The notes: generated from the sequence alone by a model not told the origin. Numbered from the stretch's first letter, positions 36,721-46,307 are shown. The stretch is 64,000 bases of DNA from Candidatus Doudnabacteria bacterium (GCA_041497195.1 JBGQGB010000005.1:9243-73242); one strand, 5' to 3'. Numbers and translations are program-made.

Positions 36721-38781
36721 ATGGAGTTCATTTCTGCAGTGATTTACGCAGCCCTGATCGGACTGGGCCTGCGGCGGTTCGTATGGTTTCGTCAAAGCGT
36801 TGGTGATTATGTCGTTGGCGCGAGGGATTACGGCATAGTCGGCGCAACCCTGACATGGCGCTGGACCAGGCAGTTTCTCATCTGCCTAGTTGTAGTCGCC
36901 ATGTTTTTCCTCGGCCTCCTGACAATGGCAATTCTCTCTGGCAACGAACTCTTTTTGCTGGGAGTCCTGCTTCTGGAGGCGATCCCAGTGTTTTTTGCAG
37001 CCCTTACTCTCCACATCTTGCGGCGACCGCTTGCCGAGTCAGGGAAGTTGCTTCGCGAGAACGGAAACTGGCTGCGTAAAAGCATGGGCAACGGCATCAA
37101 GTTGTTCAAGCTGGAGAGTGCCAAGGTTGGCGAGATGAAAGTGCTGGACGCAATCGAGTATCTTGCCAAGTTTGGCCTAAACCTCGGCATAAGCGTGCTA
37201 AACGGTTTTTATCTTCTGCTTGCTCTTCCGGTCAAGCTGACGGGTGGTGCAATCGAGGTCATCGGTCGGCTCGTTGAGTCAGCCGAAAAACCCGCGCGCT
37301 GGTTTGCAAGACTCCTCGCAGGTCTTTCACTCACTCTCCTCTTCCTCACCGCTGTGGCTATCTGGGATTTGCAGTATGACCTGGGCATACTCAAAGATCC
37401 TCTGGTCATCGGTCTCGTAAGCCTCATCGCCATGGTGTCGATCACCCTCGGAATCTTCGCGGGGGATGCCTTCAGCGGTGGAGCACGCAAATCCCGGAGT
37501 CCTGCTTTTTACGGAGGATTTGCAATCCTGCTTCTGGGTACTGTTCTCGCTAGTCGAATCTTCCCCAAAATTTCCAATGGGGTCGTATATATAATTGAGA
37601 ACGGACACACGGCGGCAGTACGTACCATCAGGGCTCTGGGTCTTCGTAGTGATGCGACGGACGATATTTTTGTCCGCGCGAGGTTCGCCACGAAGATTCA
37701 ATATCAAGCAAAATCTGACGTACTATCCGGCAAGGTCCAATGGGAAAAGATCGAAACCCCAGAGATTCCGATAAACGCATGCGGGGTAGTCGTCCGACCA
37801 AAGGATCGCGCCGAAAAAACAGGTACTCGCCGAGCCATGGTTGAGGTCTACTGGGCAACCCCGGAGGATCCCGACCTGGTCTTGGTGGATACCAAAATCC
37901 AGTCAGGCCGAGCCGAAACCAGATGGGTACCTGACGACTGGGTTGAGAAGATCGACGGGAGATGCAGTTACTCCCAGCCGCTACCTCCTCAGCCAGTTGC
38001 TAGTCTCAAACCTATCTGGTTGACACCGCAAATACCTGTCTCGCCACCAGGCGCAGCAGTACTGCCAGCAGACGTGGCCGGGATGGTTCAAGCGGCAGCT
38101 GCGAAAAACGGCGCGCCACTGGACCTCATGACCGCGATCTGCGTCCACGAGTCGGGATGCAATCTCAACGCTCCCGACGGCCGCAATGGCGAGATCTGCG
38201 CTATGCAGGTCAAGCCAGACACGGCGAGGCAATTCGGGACAGAGCCACAATCGCTTCGCAATCCAGAAGTTTGCTTTGATACTGCAGCCAGAATCTTGGC
38301 CAAGTATCAGGCAGACTACGGGATGAAGCGAACCGATCTCGTGGCCCTCGCATACAATGCCGGCGCTGGCACTGCGGACAAGTATCTCAATGTCCCGTGG
38401 GGCCAAGTTCCGGCAGAAGCACTACGTGGAGTGAATGCGCAAGGCGTGCCTTACGATGCCTACGCATATACAAACGCTGTGTTGGGGATTCTGAGCCGGG
38501 GGGGCGGACAAGTATTTACTGCCCGAACCAACCACTCAACAGCAAGCATAGTCACCGTGGCCTGGGTGATTAATAACAGGCCCCAGCCGATTCTGGTCTG
38601 CCATTCGAGGGACCAGGAAGGTGACTGCAGTACTATACCGCCTGGCAAAGGGTGGTATGGCAGTGTCGGCGCCGAGCTCCGGGAAGGAGAACGGCTCACA
38701 GTCAAAGACACAGGGGGAAATATTCTCCGTGTCGTCACGCTGTCTGACGAGCTCTCGTCAGGCGGCAAAGTCTATATCTAA
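36721..38781 (+). CDS. polytopic membrane protein with C-terminal lytic transglycosylase (SLT) domain and a terminal beta-rich domain
   Basis: About 8 N-terminal TM helices; SLT catalytic region LMTAICVHESGCNLNA ... AMQVKP ... LVALAYNAGAGT. Confidence 0.7.
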   Translation: MEFISAVIYAALIGLGLRRFVWFRQSVGDYVVGARDYGIVGATLTWRWTRQFLICLVVVAMFFLGLLTMAILSGNELFLLGVLLLEAIPVFFAALTLHILRRPLAESGKLLRENGNWLRKSMGNGIKLFKLESAKVGEMKVLDAIEYLAKFGLNLGISVLNGFYLLLALPVKLTGGAIEVIGRLVESAEKPARWFARLLAGLSLTLLFLTAVAIWDLQYDLGILKDPLVIGLVSLIAMVSITLGIFAGDAFSGGARKSRSPAFYGGFAILLLGTVLASRIFPKISNGVVYIIENGHTAAVRTIRALGLRSDATDDIFVRARFATKIQYQAKSDVLSGKVQWEKIETPEIPINACGVVVRPKDRAEKTGTRRAMVEVYWATPEDPDLVLVDTKIQSGRAETRWVPDDWVEKIDGRCSYSQPLPPQPVASLKPIWLTPQIPVSPPGAAVLPADVAGMVQAAAAKNGAPLDLMTAICVHESGCNLNAPDGRNGEICAMQVKPDTARQFGTEPQSLRNPEVCFDTAARILAKYQADYGMKRTDLVALAYNAGAGTADKYLNVPWGQVPAEALRGVNAQGVPYDAYAYTNAVLGILSRGGGQVFTARTNHSTASIVTVAWVINNRPQPILVCHSRDQEGDCSTIPPGKGWYGSVGAELREGERLTVKDTGGNILRVVTLSDELSSGGKVYI

Positions 38782-38815
38782 GGAGGACTACCGCGCCCAG
38801 CAAGGGCGCAATCAC

Positions 38816-38869
38816 AAAACCCGGGAAGAAAGTCGCAAATGCGACAATCTTCCCGGGTAATTTTTTTTG
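38816..38869. terminator. bidirectional intrinsic terminator between the convergent SLT gene and the pilin array
   Basis: cccgggaag...cttcccggg 9-bp stem with an inner gtcgc/gcgac stem, A-run upstream and T-run downstream. Confidence 0.6.
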
Positions 38870-38885
38870 CCAAAAAAATCCTGCC

Positions 38886-39251
38886 CTAAACCACACCCAA
38901 GGTCAAAGCATTGGCAATCACGCGGACAATCACGAAAGACAAGATCACGATGACAATACCGATGATGGCATGGGTAATGGTCAGTTTGGCTGCCTCAGCT
39001 TGTTCCTCATTGCCGTGCGCAGTCACATACCGAAACCCGCCGATAATCACGTACAAGACTGCCACCAGTCCGACTACAGCCAGGAGAATATTAATGATAT
39101 AGATGATCAGCATCGTGGCAGTCAAAGAGCCGGCTGGCCCGAAGAAACCGATGACCCAGGGGACCGGGACCGGGCCAGTTCCCGGGGTGACCACGCCTAC
39201 CAGCACAGAGGCTGGAACCGATTTTTTGATTTTTTGGAAAAGTTTTGCCAT
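38886..39251 (-). CDS. VirB2/TrbC-topology pilin-like small membrane protein, paralog 1
   Basis: Shares the C-terminal module IIGGFRYVTAHGNEEQAEAAK-TITHAIIGIVIVILSFVIV with six neighbours. Confidence 0.6.
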   Translation of the reverse strand: MAKLFQKIKKSVPASVLVGVVTPGTGPVPVPWVIGFFGPAGSLTATMLIIYIINILLAVVGLVAVLYVIIGGFRYVTAHGNEEQAEAAKLTITHAIIGIVIVILSFVIVRVIANALTLGVV

Positions 39252-39254
39252 GGT

Positions 39255-39665
39255 TTAGGGGACTCCAGTTACCAAAACGTTTGTGACGATTGTGATGACC
39301 GCAAAAGACAGAATCACAATAACCAATCCGACCACGGCCTGCACCATCATTTTCTTGGCTGCTTCCGTGGCTTCCTCGTTGCCTGCCGCAGTCAGATAGC
39401 GAAACGCCCCGATAATCAAAAAGAGCACTGCCAAGGTCCCGACAATCAGGAGGGCGATGTCCAAAATCAAAGTCGTGATATTACCAAAAGTCGTGCTGCC
39501 GGCCGGACCAGAGGCGCCGTTTAAAGGACAGGGTACTCGGACGAAAGTGCTGCCGCCAACATTACAAAAACCTGCCGCTGCCTGAACCTGCGGTACCATC
39601 ATCAGGAACAAAAAAACCGCAGACAAGATTAGAAAACTGATTCCCCCGAAATAGCCTCTGCTCAT
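39255..39665 (-). CDS. pilin-like paralog 2 (signal peptide plus IIGAFRYLTAAGNEEATEAAKK module)
   Basis: Signal peptide MSRGYFGGISFLILSAVFLFLMMVPQVQAAAG; conserved module. Confidence 0.6.
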   Translation of the reverse strand: MSRGYFGGISFLILSAVFLFLMMVPQVQAAAGFCNVGGSTFVRVPCPLNGASGPAGSTTFGNITTLILDIALLIVGTLAVLFLIIGAFRYLTAAGNEEATEAAKKMMVQAVVGLVIVILSFAVITIVTNVLVTGVP

Positions 39666-40060
39666 AGTCCGAGCCCTCCCGTGCCTTGCAGTAACACTGA
39701 AGAAATAATCTGCACGATGGCAAAGGACAAAAGCACCACCACCAGACCAATGATTGCACCAGTGATGGTTTTCTTGGCTGCCTCAGTTTGCTCTTCATTG
39801 CCATGGGCGATGACGTAGCGATAGCCGCCAATGATCAACCACACTGTGGCCACAGTCCCCACCACAATCAGTAAAATTTGTACGACAAGTAACGCCAAGC
39901 TCCCCAAGGTATTAGCTCCGGCCGGGGAACCAGACCCGGCGCCAAAGGCTGGCCCGAGATTCTGGAAAGTGGGGGAATTGATCCCTGACTGGGCCAGATA
40001 AATAGCTGAGAAATAGCTGCCGATTTTCGCGACTGAATTGGCAATTTTATTTTTGTGCAT
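39662..40060 (-). CDS. pilin-like paralog 3 (IIGGYRYVIAHGNEEQTEAAKKTIT)
   Basis: Conserved module; ATGA overlap with paralog 2. Confidence 0.6.
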   Translation of the reverse strand: MHKNKIANSVAKIGSYFSAIYLAQSGINSPTFQNLGPAFGAGSGSPAGANTLGSLALLVVQILLIVVGTVATVWLIIGGYRYVIAHGNEEQTEAAKKTITGAIIGLVVVLLSFAIVQIISSVLLQGTGGLGL

Positions 40061-40203
40061 ACATCAGGTGAGCGAGCTCACCATAAGCCGATTGAGTACG
40101 CCACTTCAAAGTCCAAAAATATGGAACAATTTGGAGGCGTACTCAATCAGAGCCTACATAGGATTGTCTTTTTTTAAAAAAGGATTGCCGCTGACAAATG
40201 AGT

Positions 40204-40578
40204 CTAGACTGTATTGCTGATCAGAGCATTGGCAATCACACGGACGATCACGAAAGACAAGATTATAATCACGATACCGATGATGGCATTGGTGATGGTC
40301 TTTTTCGCTGACTCGGATGATTCTTCATTGCCACCGGCGGTGATGTAGCGGAACCCACCAATGATCAGAAAGACGACAGCGACCAAGCCCGCCACAGCCA
40401 AAAGAATCTGAATGACGGTGAGCAAGATCTGGGAAAAGCTGGCCTGATTCGGCAAGTTCGTGCCAGTCGAATTCGGCACATTAAACTGCGCCCCGGCGGT
40501 AAAGGGCATCAAGGCCAGACTCAACATGGTCACTATGGTCAAAACATTCGCGATTTTAATCAGATTGTAATTTCTCAT
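40204..40578 (-). CDS. pilin-like paralog 4 (IIGGFRYITAGGNEESSESAKKTIT)
   Basis: Signal peptide ending AGAQF; conserved module. Confidence 0.6.
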   Translation of the reverse strand: MRNYNLIKIANVLTIVTMLSLALMPFTAGAQFNVPNSTGTNLPNQASFSQILLTVIQILLAVAGLVAVVFLIIGGFRYITAGGNEESSESAKKTITNAIIGIVIIILSFVIVRVIANALISNTV

Positions 40579-40688
40579 TTTATTTCAAGTATCCCTAAAT
40601 TAATGGCTAAATAACCTCGACCTGGTTACGTGTAAATGTAAGGTTTAACTAGCTGAACCAATTATCAACAACTGAACCAATTATAGTA

Positions 40689-41081
40689 TTACGAGGGCTG
40701 TGTCGTCAAAAGCGTATTCACAATCGACACAATCGCGTAGGCCATCACGATAATCACGATGCCGATTATGGCGCTAGTGACAGTCTTTTTGGCTTTCTCC
40801 ATAGCCTCTTCATTGCCGCGGGAGGAGACATACTGAAAGCCTCCAATCATCAGAAATACTACCGCGATTGCTCCGGCAAAAGTCAGAAGTGTCAGCACAG
40901 CCTTAGCCAATAAATCACCAAAATTATCAATATGAACCAGGTAGTCTGGAGCCGGGTTTTGGATTGCCCCGGGCGTTCCGACATTGCCAGTGCCAGCGGC
41001 GGCTGGCAGAGCTGCAAACAAACTCACTAACAAAACCAGGACAGAGGAAATGAGAGCAAAAAATTTTATTTTTTGTTTCAT
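40689..41081 (-). CDS. pilin-like paralog 5 (MIGGFQYVSSRGNEEAMEKAKKTVT)
   Basis: Signal peptide; conserved module. Confidence 0.6.
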   Translation of the reverse strand: MKQKIKFFALISSVLVLLVSLFAALPAAAGTGNVGTPGAIQNPAPDYLVHIDNFGDLLAKAVLTLLTFAGAIAVVFLMIGGFQYVSSRGNEEAMEKAKKTVTSAIIGIVIIVMAYAIVSIVNTLLTTQPS

Positions 41082-41087
41082 GCGATT

Positions 41088-41735
41088 TTACGAAATTAAA
41101 AACTTTTGCACTGAACCGATGATGGTATAAGCTAGGATGCTGGCGGCAAAGCCAATGACTGACCAGCGCAAGCCGCTTTTCGCTTTCTCCACTGCTTCTT
41201 CATTGCCGGCGGATGTGACATACCTGTACCCATAATAAACAATCATCAAAATCGTGGCAAATCCGAGGATGCCCAAAAAACTAGTCATCACGAAAACCAA
41301 TACGTCAATAAAACTGGCCGAGTTGCCTGCGCCCCCGATATTGACCGGATTTTGCAAAGTATTGGTGGGAGCCGTGCTGGGCTGCTGAAAACCCAAAAAT
41401 TTGGCCACCCCGGAAACAATGGTATAAGTCAGGAGTGCGACCACGAATCCCCCCACCGACCAGGTCAAGCTCCTTTTCGCGGTTTCCAGCCCTTCCTCAC
41501 TCGTGGCAATCACAATCTTGAATCCGCTGAACACGCTAAAAGCGATCGCAATGGTACCGATGAGCAGGGCAAACCCGGCAATGACTTTGGTGATGAGCCC
41601 TGCTGGATCATTAACACTGATAAAATTGAGGGGATTGTCCAGGTTGGTGGCAGCCTGAGCCATCTGATCGCCGAATAAAAAAACCAGGACTAAAAAAGCT
41701 TCGAGAGTGAGAAATAAAAGTATCAACCTTTTCAT
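41088..41735 (-). CDS. pilin-like paralog 6, internally duplicated (two tandem copies of the TM-GNEE-TM module in one 215-aa protein)
   Basis: Motifs ATSEEGLETAKRSLT and SAGNEEAVEKAKSGL each flanked by hydrophobic helices. Confidence 0.6.
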   Translation of the reverse strand: MKRLILLFLTLEAFLVLVFLFGDQMAQAATNLDNPLNFISVNDPAGLITKVIAGFALLIGTIAIAFSVFSGFKIVIATSEEGLETAKRSLTWSVGGFVVALLTYTIVSGVAKFLGFQQPSTAPTNTLQNPVNIGGAGNSASFIDVLVFVMTSFLGILGFATILMIVYYGYRYVTSAGNEEAVEKAKSGLRWSVIGFAASILAYTIIGSVQKFLIS

Positions 41736-41759
41736 AGTTTGTCTTTGCCGATTACCCTC

Positions 41760-42203
41760 TCAGGACCAACAGCTAGAATTTGGTAGATAAATGCATTGTG
41801 GATCCCACCACGGCCGCGTTGCTCCGGCTTTGCCAAACAGCCCGTTGACTAGCAAGTTCACAAACACAAAGGCCAAAACAATTATGGCAAACCCCACGAC
41901 TGCGTTGGACAGGCCGGTTTTGGCTTTTTGAATTTTTTCCGCATTACCGAGGGCGATAATGAGATTGAATCCGCTGGTCAAAATATAGTACATGGCCACC
42001 AAAGCGGCCACGGAAATGAGATAATTAATCACGATAATTATCATGGAAATCAGGTCCGGAAAGGTACATTGAGTGACTGTCGCAACGTGCGTAACTGGAT
42101 CAACCACCTCCTGCCCGCAAGGCACGAGCGCCGCATGGCTCAGGGCCGGAACCATCAATAAACCTAGTCCAATCACAACTAGACTAACCAAAAAATATTT
42201 CAT
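41760..42203 (-). CDS. pilin-like paralog 7, divergent, with four Cys (LGNAEKIQKAKTGLS module)
   Basis: Signal peptide; divergent module; Cys pairs near the N- and C-termini. Confidence 0.5.
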   Translation of the reverse strand: MKYFLVSLVVIGLGLLMVPALSHAALVPCGQEVVDPVTHVATVTQCTFPDLISMIIIVINYLISVAALVAMYYILTSGFNLIIALGNAEKIQKAKTGLSNAVVGFAIIVLAFVFVNLLVNGLFGKAGATRPWWDPQCIYLPNSSCWS

Positions 42204-42211
42204 AGATTTTT

Positions 42212-43525
42212 TTATTGGTTTCGCAGTAATAAATTAATTTTTTGGACCGCGGCATTGACCGCGTCTGCAGGCACGACATTGTGGAGAATGACATTGTCAA
42301 TCATCTGCAAAAACACTGACTCAATCGCATTGCTATCCGGCTTGTAAACACTTTTGGCAGTCAGGGCATTTTCCGCAAATATTCCGATGTCCGGATCAGA
42401 GATCTGTTTTTCGATGATGTCTTTGCGGGGCGAGGCTTGTTTTTGGACTTCGTAGTATTTAGTGAGGACATTTGACTGCGTGATGAATTTCAGAAAAGTC
42501 CAAGCCGCCTGGGTATTTTGGCTTTGCTTGGAAACTCCCTGCCCCCAGTAATTCGCGAAATTTATTTTGTTTCTGACCGAGTCAATCTGCGGCACCGGCG
42601 CGATGCCATAATTCAAAAATGGCGCTTTGGCCGCCAGGGTCGGCCGCAAATACGAATAAGAAAAAATCATGGCCACTTTTCCGGCGGCGAAAGCTTCAAT
42701 CGAATTGTTACTCTGGCTGTTCCAAGTATACGTCACTTTGGCCGGGTTCGCGAACTGAGTGTAAAATTCCAGCGCGCGCGCCGCTGGCGAAAAAGGATTG
42801 CCTTTATCATCCGTCAAGTTTTGTCCCATCGCCGAGTTGTTGAAATCCGGAGAATAAAATTGCGTTCCGTTCTGGAGCATCAACAGCTCCAAAATGTCCG
42901 GAGCGCGGTTGACGTTATCAGAGGTGCCCAGGGCGACCGTGCTTCGCAAAAAATTACCCTGGTTGTCCTGCCTGGTGATTTTGGGAACCATATTCACCAG
43001 CTCTTCCCAAGTAGCCGGCGAGCGAGCGATTCCGGCGGAAGACAAAATGTCTTTGTTGTAGTACAGGGTCAGTACGTCCAATCCCAACGGAACCGCATAG
43101 ACTTTGTCATCTGAAACAAAATCAGAAATGGCGACTTCCACAAAATTTTGCTGATAATCTCGGAGGCTGAAAATGCTTGTCGGCGCCGGAGCGAGTTTGT
43201 CTTTGTGTTTTGGCAGCCAATCGTTATGGATGGCAAAAATGTCGGGTCCCTGACCGGCGGCTAGAGCATCGATCAATTCTTCCTCATAAGTATCGACGTT
43301 TTTCTGAACATAGTGAATGTGGGTTTTGGGGTTGGCTTTCTGAAACGCGTCGATCAAAGGCTGGACAACAGACTGATCATCAAACGGCTGCCACCAGGTC
43401 AAATCAATCTCCTTGCCTCCCGCTTTGGAAGGGCCGCCCAAATTGCAGGATTGGGCAGTGAGTGCCACTGCCAAACAAAGGATGAAAAGTTTTCCCGCGA
43501 TTTTTTGTTTGTTTTGATTGAGCAT
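42212..43525 (-). CDS. ABC transporter substrate-binding lipoprotein (carbohydrate family 1)
   Basis: Lipobox LTAQSC, SBP_bac_1-like length and pattern. Confidence 0.7.
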   Translation of the reverse strand: MLNQNKQKIAGKLFILCLAVALTAQSCNLGGPSKAGGKEIDLTWWQPFDDQSVVQPLIDAFQKANPKTHIHYVQKNVDTYEEELIDALAAGQGPDIFAIHNDWLPKHKDKLAPAPTSIFSLRDYQQNFVEVAISDFVSDDKVYAVPLGLDVLTLYYNKDILSSAGIARSPATWEELVNMVPKITRQDNQGNFLRSTVALGTSDNVNRAPDILELLMLQNGTQFYSPDFNNSAMGQNLTDDKGNPFSPAARALEFYTQFANPAKVTYTWNSQSNNSIEAFAAGKVAMIFSYSYLRPTLAAKAPFLNYGIAPVPQIDSVRNKINFANYWGQGVSKQSQNTQAAWTFLKFITQSNVLTKYYEVQKQASPRKDIIEKQISDPDIGIFAENALTAKSVYKPDSNAIESVFLQMIDNVILHNVVPADAVNAAVQKINLLLRNQ

Positions 43526-43528
43526 ATT

Positions 43529-44386
43529 TTAGGAAACAAAAATATCTTTGATTTTGTCGCGATAATCCGCGCGGTTCATTGCAAACGCCCGAATCGCTTG
43601 CAGATAAGAAATCGGATCGCCGGTCGTATACCACTGCCCGTCAACGACATCACTATAATAAGCCTTGGTGCCTTTCTTTAGTAAATACTCAATACCGTCA
43701 GCAATCCACCTCTCACCGCCCTTTCCCGGGGGGATGCTCAATAACGCCTCGAAAATCTCCGGGGTTAGAATATACCGCCCGAAAATTGCCAACCGCGAAA
43801 CAGTGGACCCGGCCGCTGGTTTTTCAATAATTGATTGAATTTGATTTTGCTCTCCTCTCTTTTTAGGTTCGACAATCCCATATTTTTTTACTTCCTCTGC
43901 TTTGACCTCCTGCACTCCGATATAAATTCCTGGGTTTTTCTCATAAGCTTGGAGCATGCTTCTGGTAAAGGGCTCTTTGGAAAGAACCAAATCATCGCTA
44001 AACGCGTAGACAAACGGCTCGTTACCGAGCAAGTGCTGGGCATTCAAAACAGGCGTGCCGTTTCCATAAGTACCTTTTTGTCGGATATAACTAAAATTGG
44101 CAAGCTCTGCGATATTCCGAATCTGGAGCATCTCCTCGGTTTTTTTGTTTCGTTCTAGCCATGTCTCCAACTCCGGGTGATAATCAAAGTGATCTTCAAT
44201 GGCTCGCTTGTTTTGGCCAGTTACAAAAATTATGTCGGTTATGCCGGAAGCGACCAATTCCTCCACCACGTATTGCACAACCGGTTTATCCACCACTGGC
44301 AACATTTCTTTCGGCATGGCTTTGGTCACTGGCAAAAATCTGGTGCCAAATCCAGCGACCGGGATTACTGCTTTGGTGATTGCCAT
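43529..44386 (-). CDS. galU: UTP--glucose-1-phosphate uridylyltransferase
   Basis: AVIPVAGFGTRFLPVTKAMPKEMLPVVDKP N-terminal signature. Confidence 0.85.
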   Translation of the reverse strand: MAITKAVIPVAGFGTRFLPVTKAMPKEMLPVVDKPVVQYVVEELVASGITDIIFVTGQNKRAIEDHFDYHPELETWLERNKKTEEMLQIRNIAELANFSYIRQKGTYGNGTPVLNAQHLLGNEPFVYAFSDDLVLSKEPFTRSMLQAYEKNPGIYIGVQEVKAEEVKKYGIVEPKKRGEQNQIQSIIEKPAAGSTVSRLAIFGRYILTPEIFEALLSIPPGKGGERWIADGIEYLLKKGTKAYYSDVVDGQWYTTGDPISYLQAIRAFAMNRADYRDKIKDIFVS

Positions 44387-44399
44387 ATCGGTGATTATA

Positions 44400-45908
44400 T
44401 CACATTTCCGCTTTGGGCCGAAAGATTAGAGCCTCGGCAATATGCTCAACTTTGACCTTGTCGTCTTGCGCCAGGTCGGCAATGGTTCGAGCCAGTTTCA
44501 AAACCCGGTGATAAGCGCGGGCCGAGAGGTGCTGGGTTGCCACCGCATTGCGTAAGAGGGTCAGACCGGTTTCATCTGGCCGGCAATAAGCTTTGATTTC
44601 CGCGATCGTCATTTCTGCGTTAGTTTTACGGAACCGCTCCTGTTGACGCGCCCTAGCGGCCTCGACGCGAAGCCTCACAGTGGCCGAATCCTCCTGGTCG
44701 CGTTCATCTTCAATTTTTTCAAAAGACAATCTCGGCACTTCAACGTGCAAATCAATGCGATCCAGGAGGGGACCGGAAACTTTTTTCTGATAACGCAAAA
44801 GTTGAGTCGGGGTACAAACGCAGGTTCTTTCCGGATCGCCGCTGAACCCGCACGGACAAGGATTTTGCGCTGCCGCCAAAATAAACTTCGCTGGAAAAGT
44901 CACGCTGCGGGTCACTCGGGCCACGTTGATGGTTCCGTCCTCCAAGGGTTGCCGCAAGTTTTCCAGCACGTCGCGATTGAACTCGGGGAATTCATCCAAA
45001 AACAAAACGCCGCGGTGGGCCAGGGTGATTTCGCCGGGCCTGGGATCAGTTCCCCCGCCGACCAGCGCAATGCCGGAAGCGGTGTGATGTGGGGAGCGAA
45101 ACGGTCGTTTTTGAATAAGTCCCAACCGACCTGGCAGCAAACCAGCGACACTATAGATCTTGGTCACATCCAAGGCTTCTTGTTCGGTCAAATCAGGCAA
45201 AATCGTGGAAAGCCCCCGAGCCAACAAAGTTTTGCCCGAACCAGGCGGACCAGACATTAGAATATTATGCCCGCCGCTGGCCGCAATTTCCAAAGCGCGT
45301 TTGGCCAACTCCTGGCCCCGGATAAACCGAAAATCCCAGGCCGTCTCCGCTGTTTGTTCTTTTGGAGTTTGAGTAGCCCGCTGAAAATAGGTAAAAGGAG
45401 AAAACCCGCCGAGCATTCGAAGCAATGCTGCCAGATTTGCCACGGACACGACTTCCAAATTCGGAATCAAAGACGCTTCAAACGCATTTTCTTCCGGAAC
45501 AAATAAAGTCTTGAAACCCTTGGCCGCAGCCGCTTCCGCAATCACTAACATTCCGGGAATGGGCCGCAGATTGCCGTCCAGGGCCAGTTCGCCGACAAAC
45601 AGCTTGTTTTTTGGGTCAAAATCTACCTGGCTGCTATTCAAAAGTATAGAAACCGCAATCGGCAGGTCATAGTGAGTACCGATTTTCGGCAAATCAGCCG
45701 GGGCCAGGTTGATTGCCACCCGACTCTTCGGAAAACGCATTTCCGAGTGTTTGAGCGCTGATTTGACGCGTTCCCGCGCCTCCCGAATAGCCGCATCCGG
45801 CAGGCCGACAATCACAGTCGAGGGCAACCCAGAGGAGATATCAGTCTCGACTTCGACCACGGCGGCTGACAACCCGATCACGGCAGCCGAATAAACTTTA
45901 CGAATCAT
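44400..45908 (-). CDS. comM: YifB/ComM-family Mg-chelatase-like AAA+ ATPase
   Basis: Lon-like N-terminal domain plus AAA core GPPGSGKT. Confidence 0.85.
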   Translation of the reverse strand: MIRKVYSAAVIGLSAAVVEVETDISSGLPSTVIVGLPDAAIREARERVKSALKHSEMRFPKSRVAINLAPADLPKIGTHYDLPIAVSILLNSSQVDFDPKNKLFVGELALDGNLRPIPGMLVIAEAAAAKGFKTLFVPEENAFEASLIPNLEVVSVANLAALLRMLGGFSPFTYFQRATQTPKEQTAETAWDFRFIRGQELAKRALEIAASGGHNILMSGPPGSGKTLLARGLSTILPDLTEQEALDVTKIYSVAGLLPGRLGLIQKRPFRSPHHTASGIALVGGGTDPRPGEITLAHRGVLFLDEFPEFNRDVLENLRQPLEDGTINVARVTRSVTFPAKFILAAAQNPCPCGFSGDPERTCVCTPTQLLRYQKKVSGPLLDRIDLHVEVPRLSFEKIEDERDQEDSATVRLRVEAARARQQERFRKTNAEMTIAEIKAYCRPDETGLTLLRNAVATQHLSARAYHRVLKLARTIADLAQDDKVKVEHIAEALIFRPKAEM

Positions 45909-45917
45909 GGAAAAAAA

Positions 45918-46307
45918 TTAATTAGCCAACAATAACACGCCGATGCCCGCCACAATGGCCAAATCGGCAAAATTCAGGGTGCTGATCCCGAAGTTGATAA
46001 AATCCGTCACTGAGCCGTGCAGGAACCGGTCAACTAAGTTGGAAGCAGCTCCGCTGACAATCAAAACAAACCCGACTCTCAGTCGCGGCCGAGAAAAATA
46101 GCGAAAATACAAACTGACGAAAACTGCCAAGACAATCGCGACCACCAAGGTATCAAAAAATCCTGGCAAATGAATCCCGAAAGGGAGCCCAGGATTTTGA
46201 ATAACGCGAATTTTAAAAACACTCTCTCTCCGTACTAATAATTTGGTCAACTGATCAAGGCCCACAACTCCGACAGCTAACCAAAAATTATTCTTTGGCG
46301 GATTCAT
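45918..46307 (-). CDS. lspA: lipoprotein signal peptidase II (short form)
   Basis: NPGLPFG and SGAASNLVDR / VTDFINFG motifs; start trimmed to MNPPKNNFW. Confidence 0.7.
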   Translation of the reverse strand: MNPPKNNFWLAVGVVGLDQLTKLLVRRESVFKIRVIQNPGLPFGIHLPGFFDTLVVAIVLAVFVSLYFRYFSRPRLRVGFVLIVSGAASNLVDRFLHGSVTDFINFGISTLNFADLAIVAGIGVLLLAN

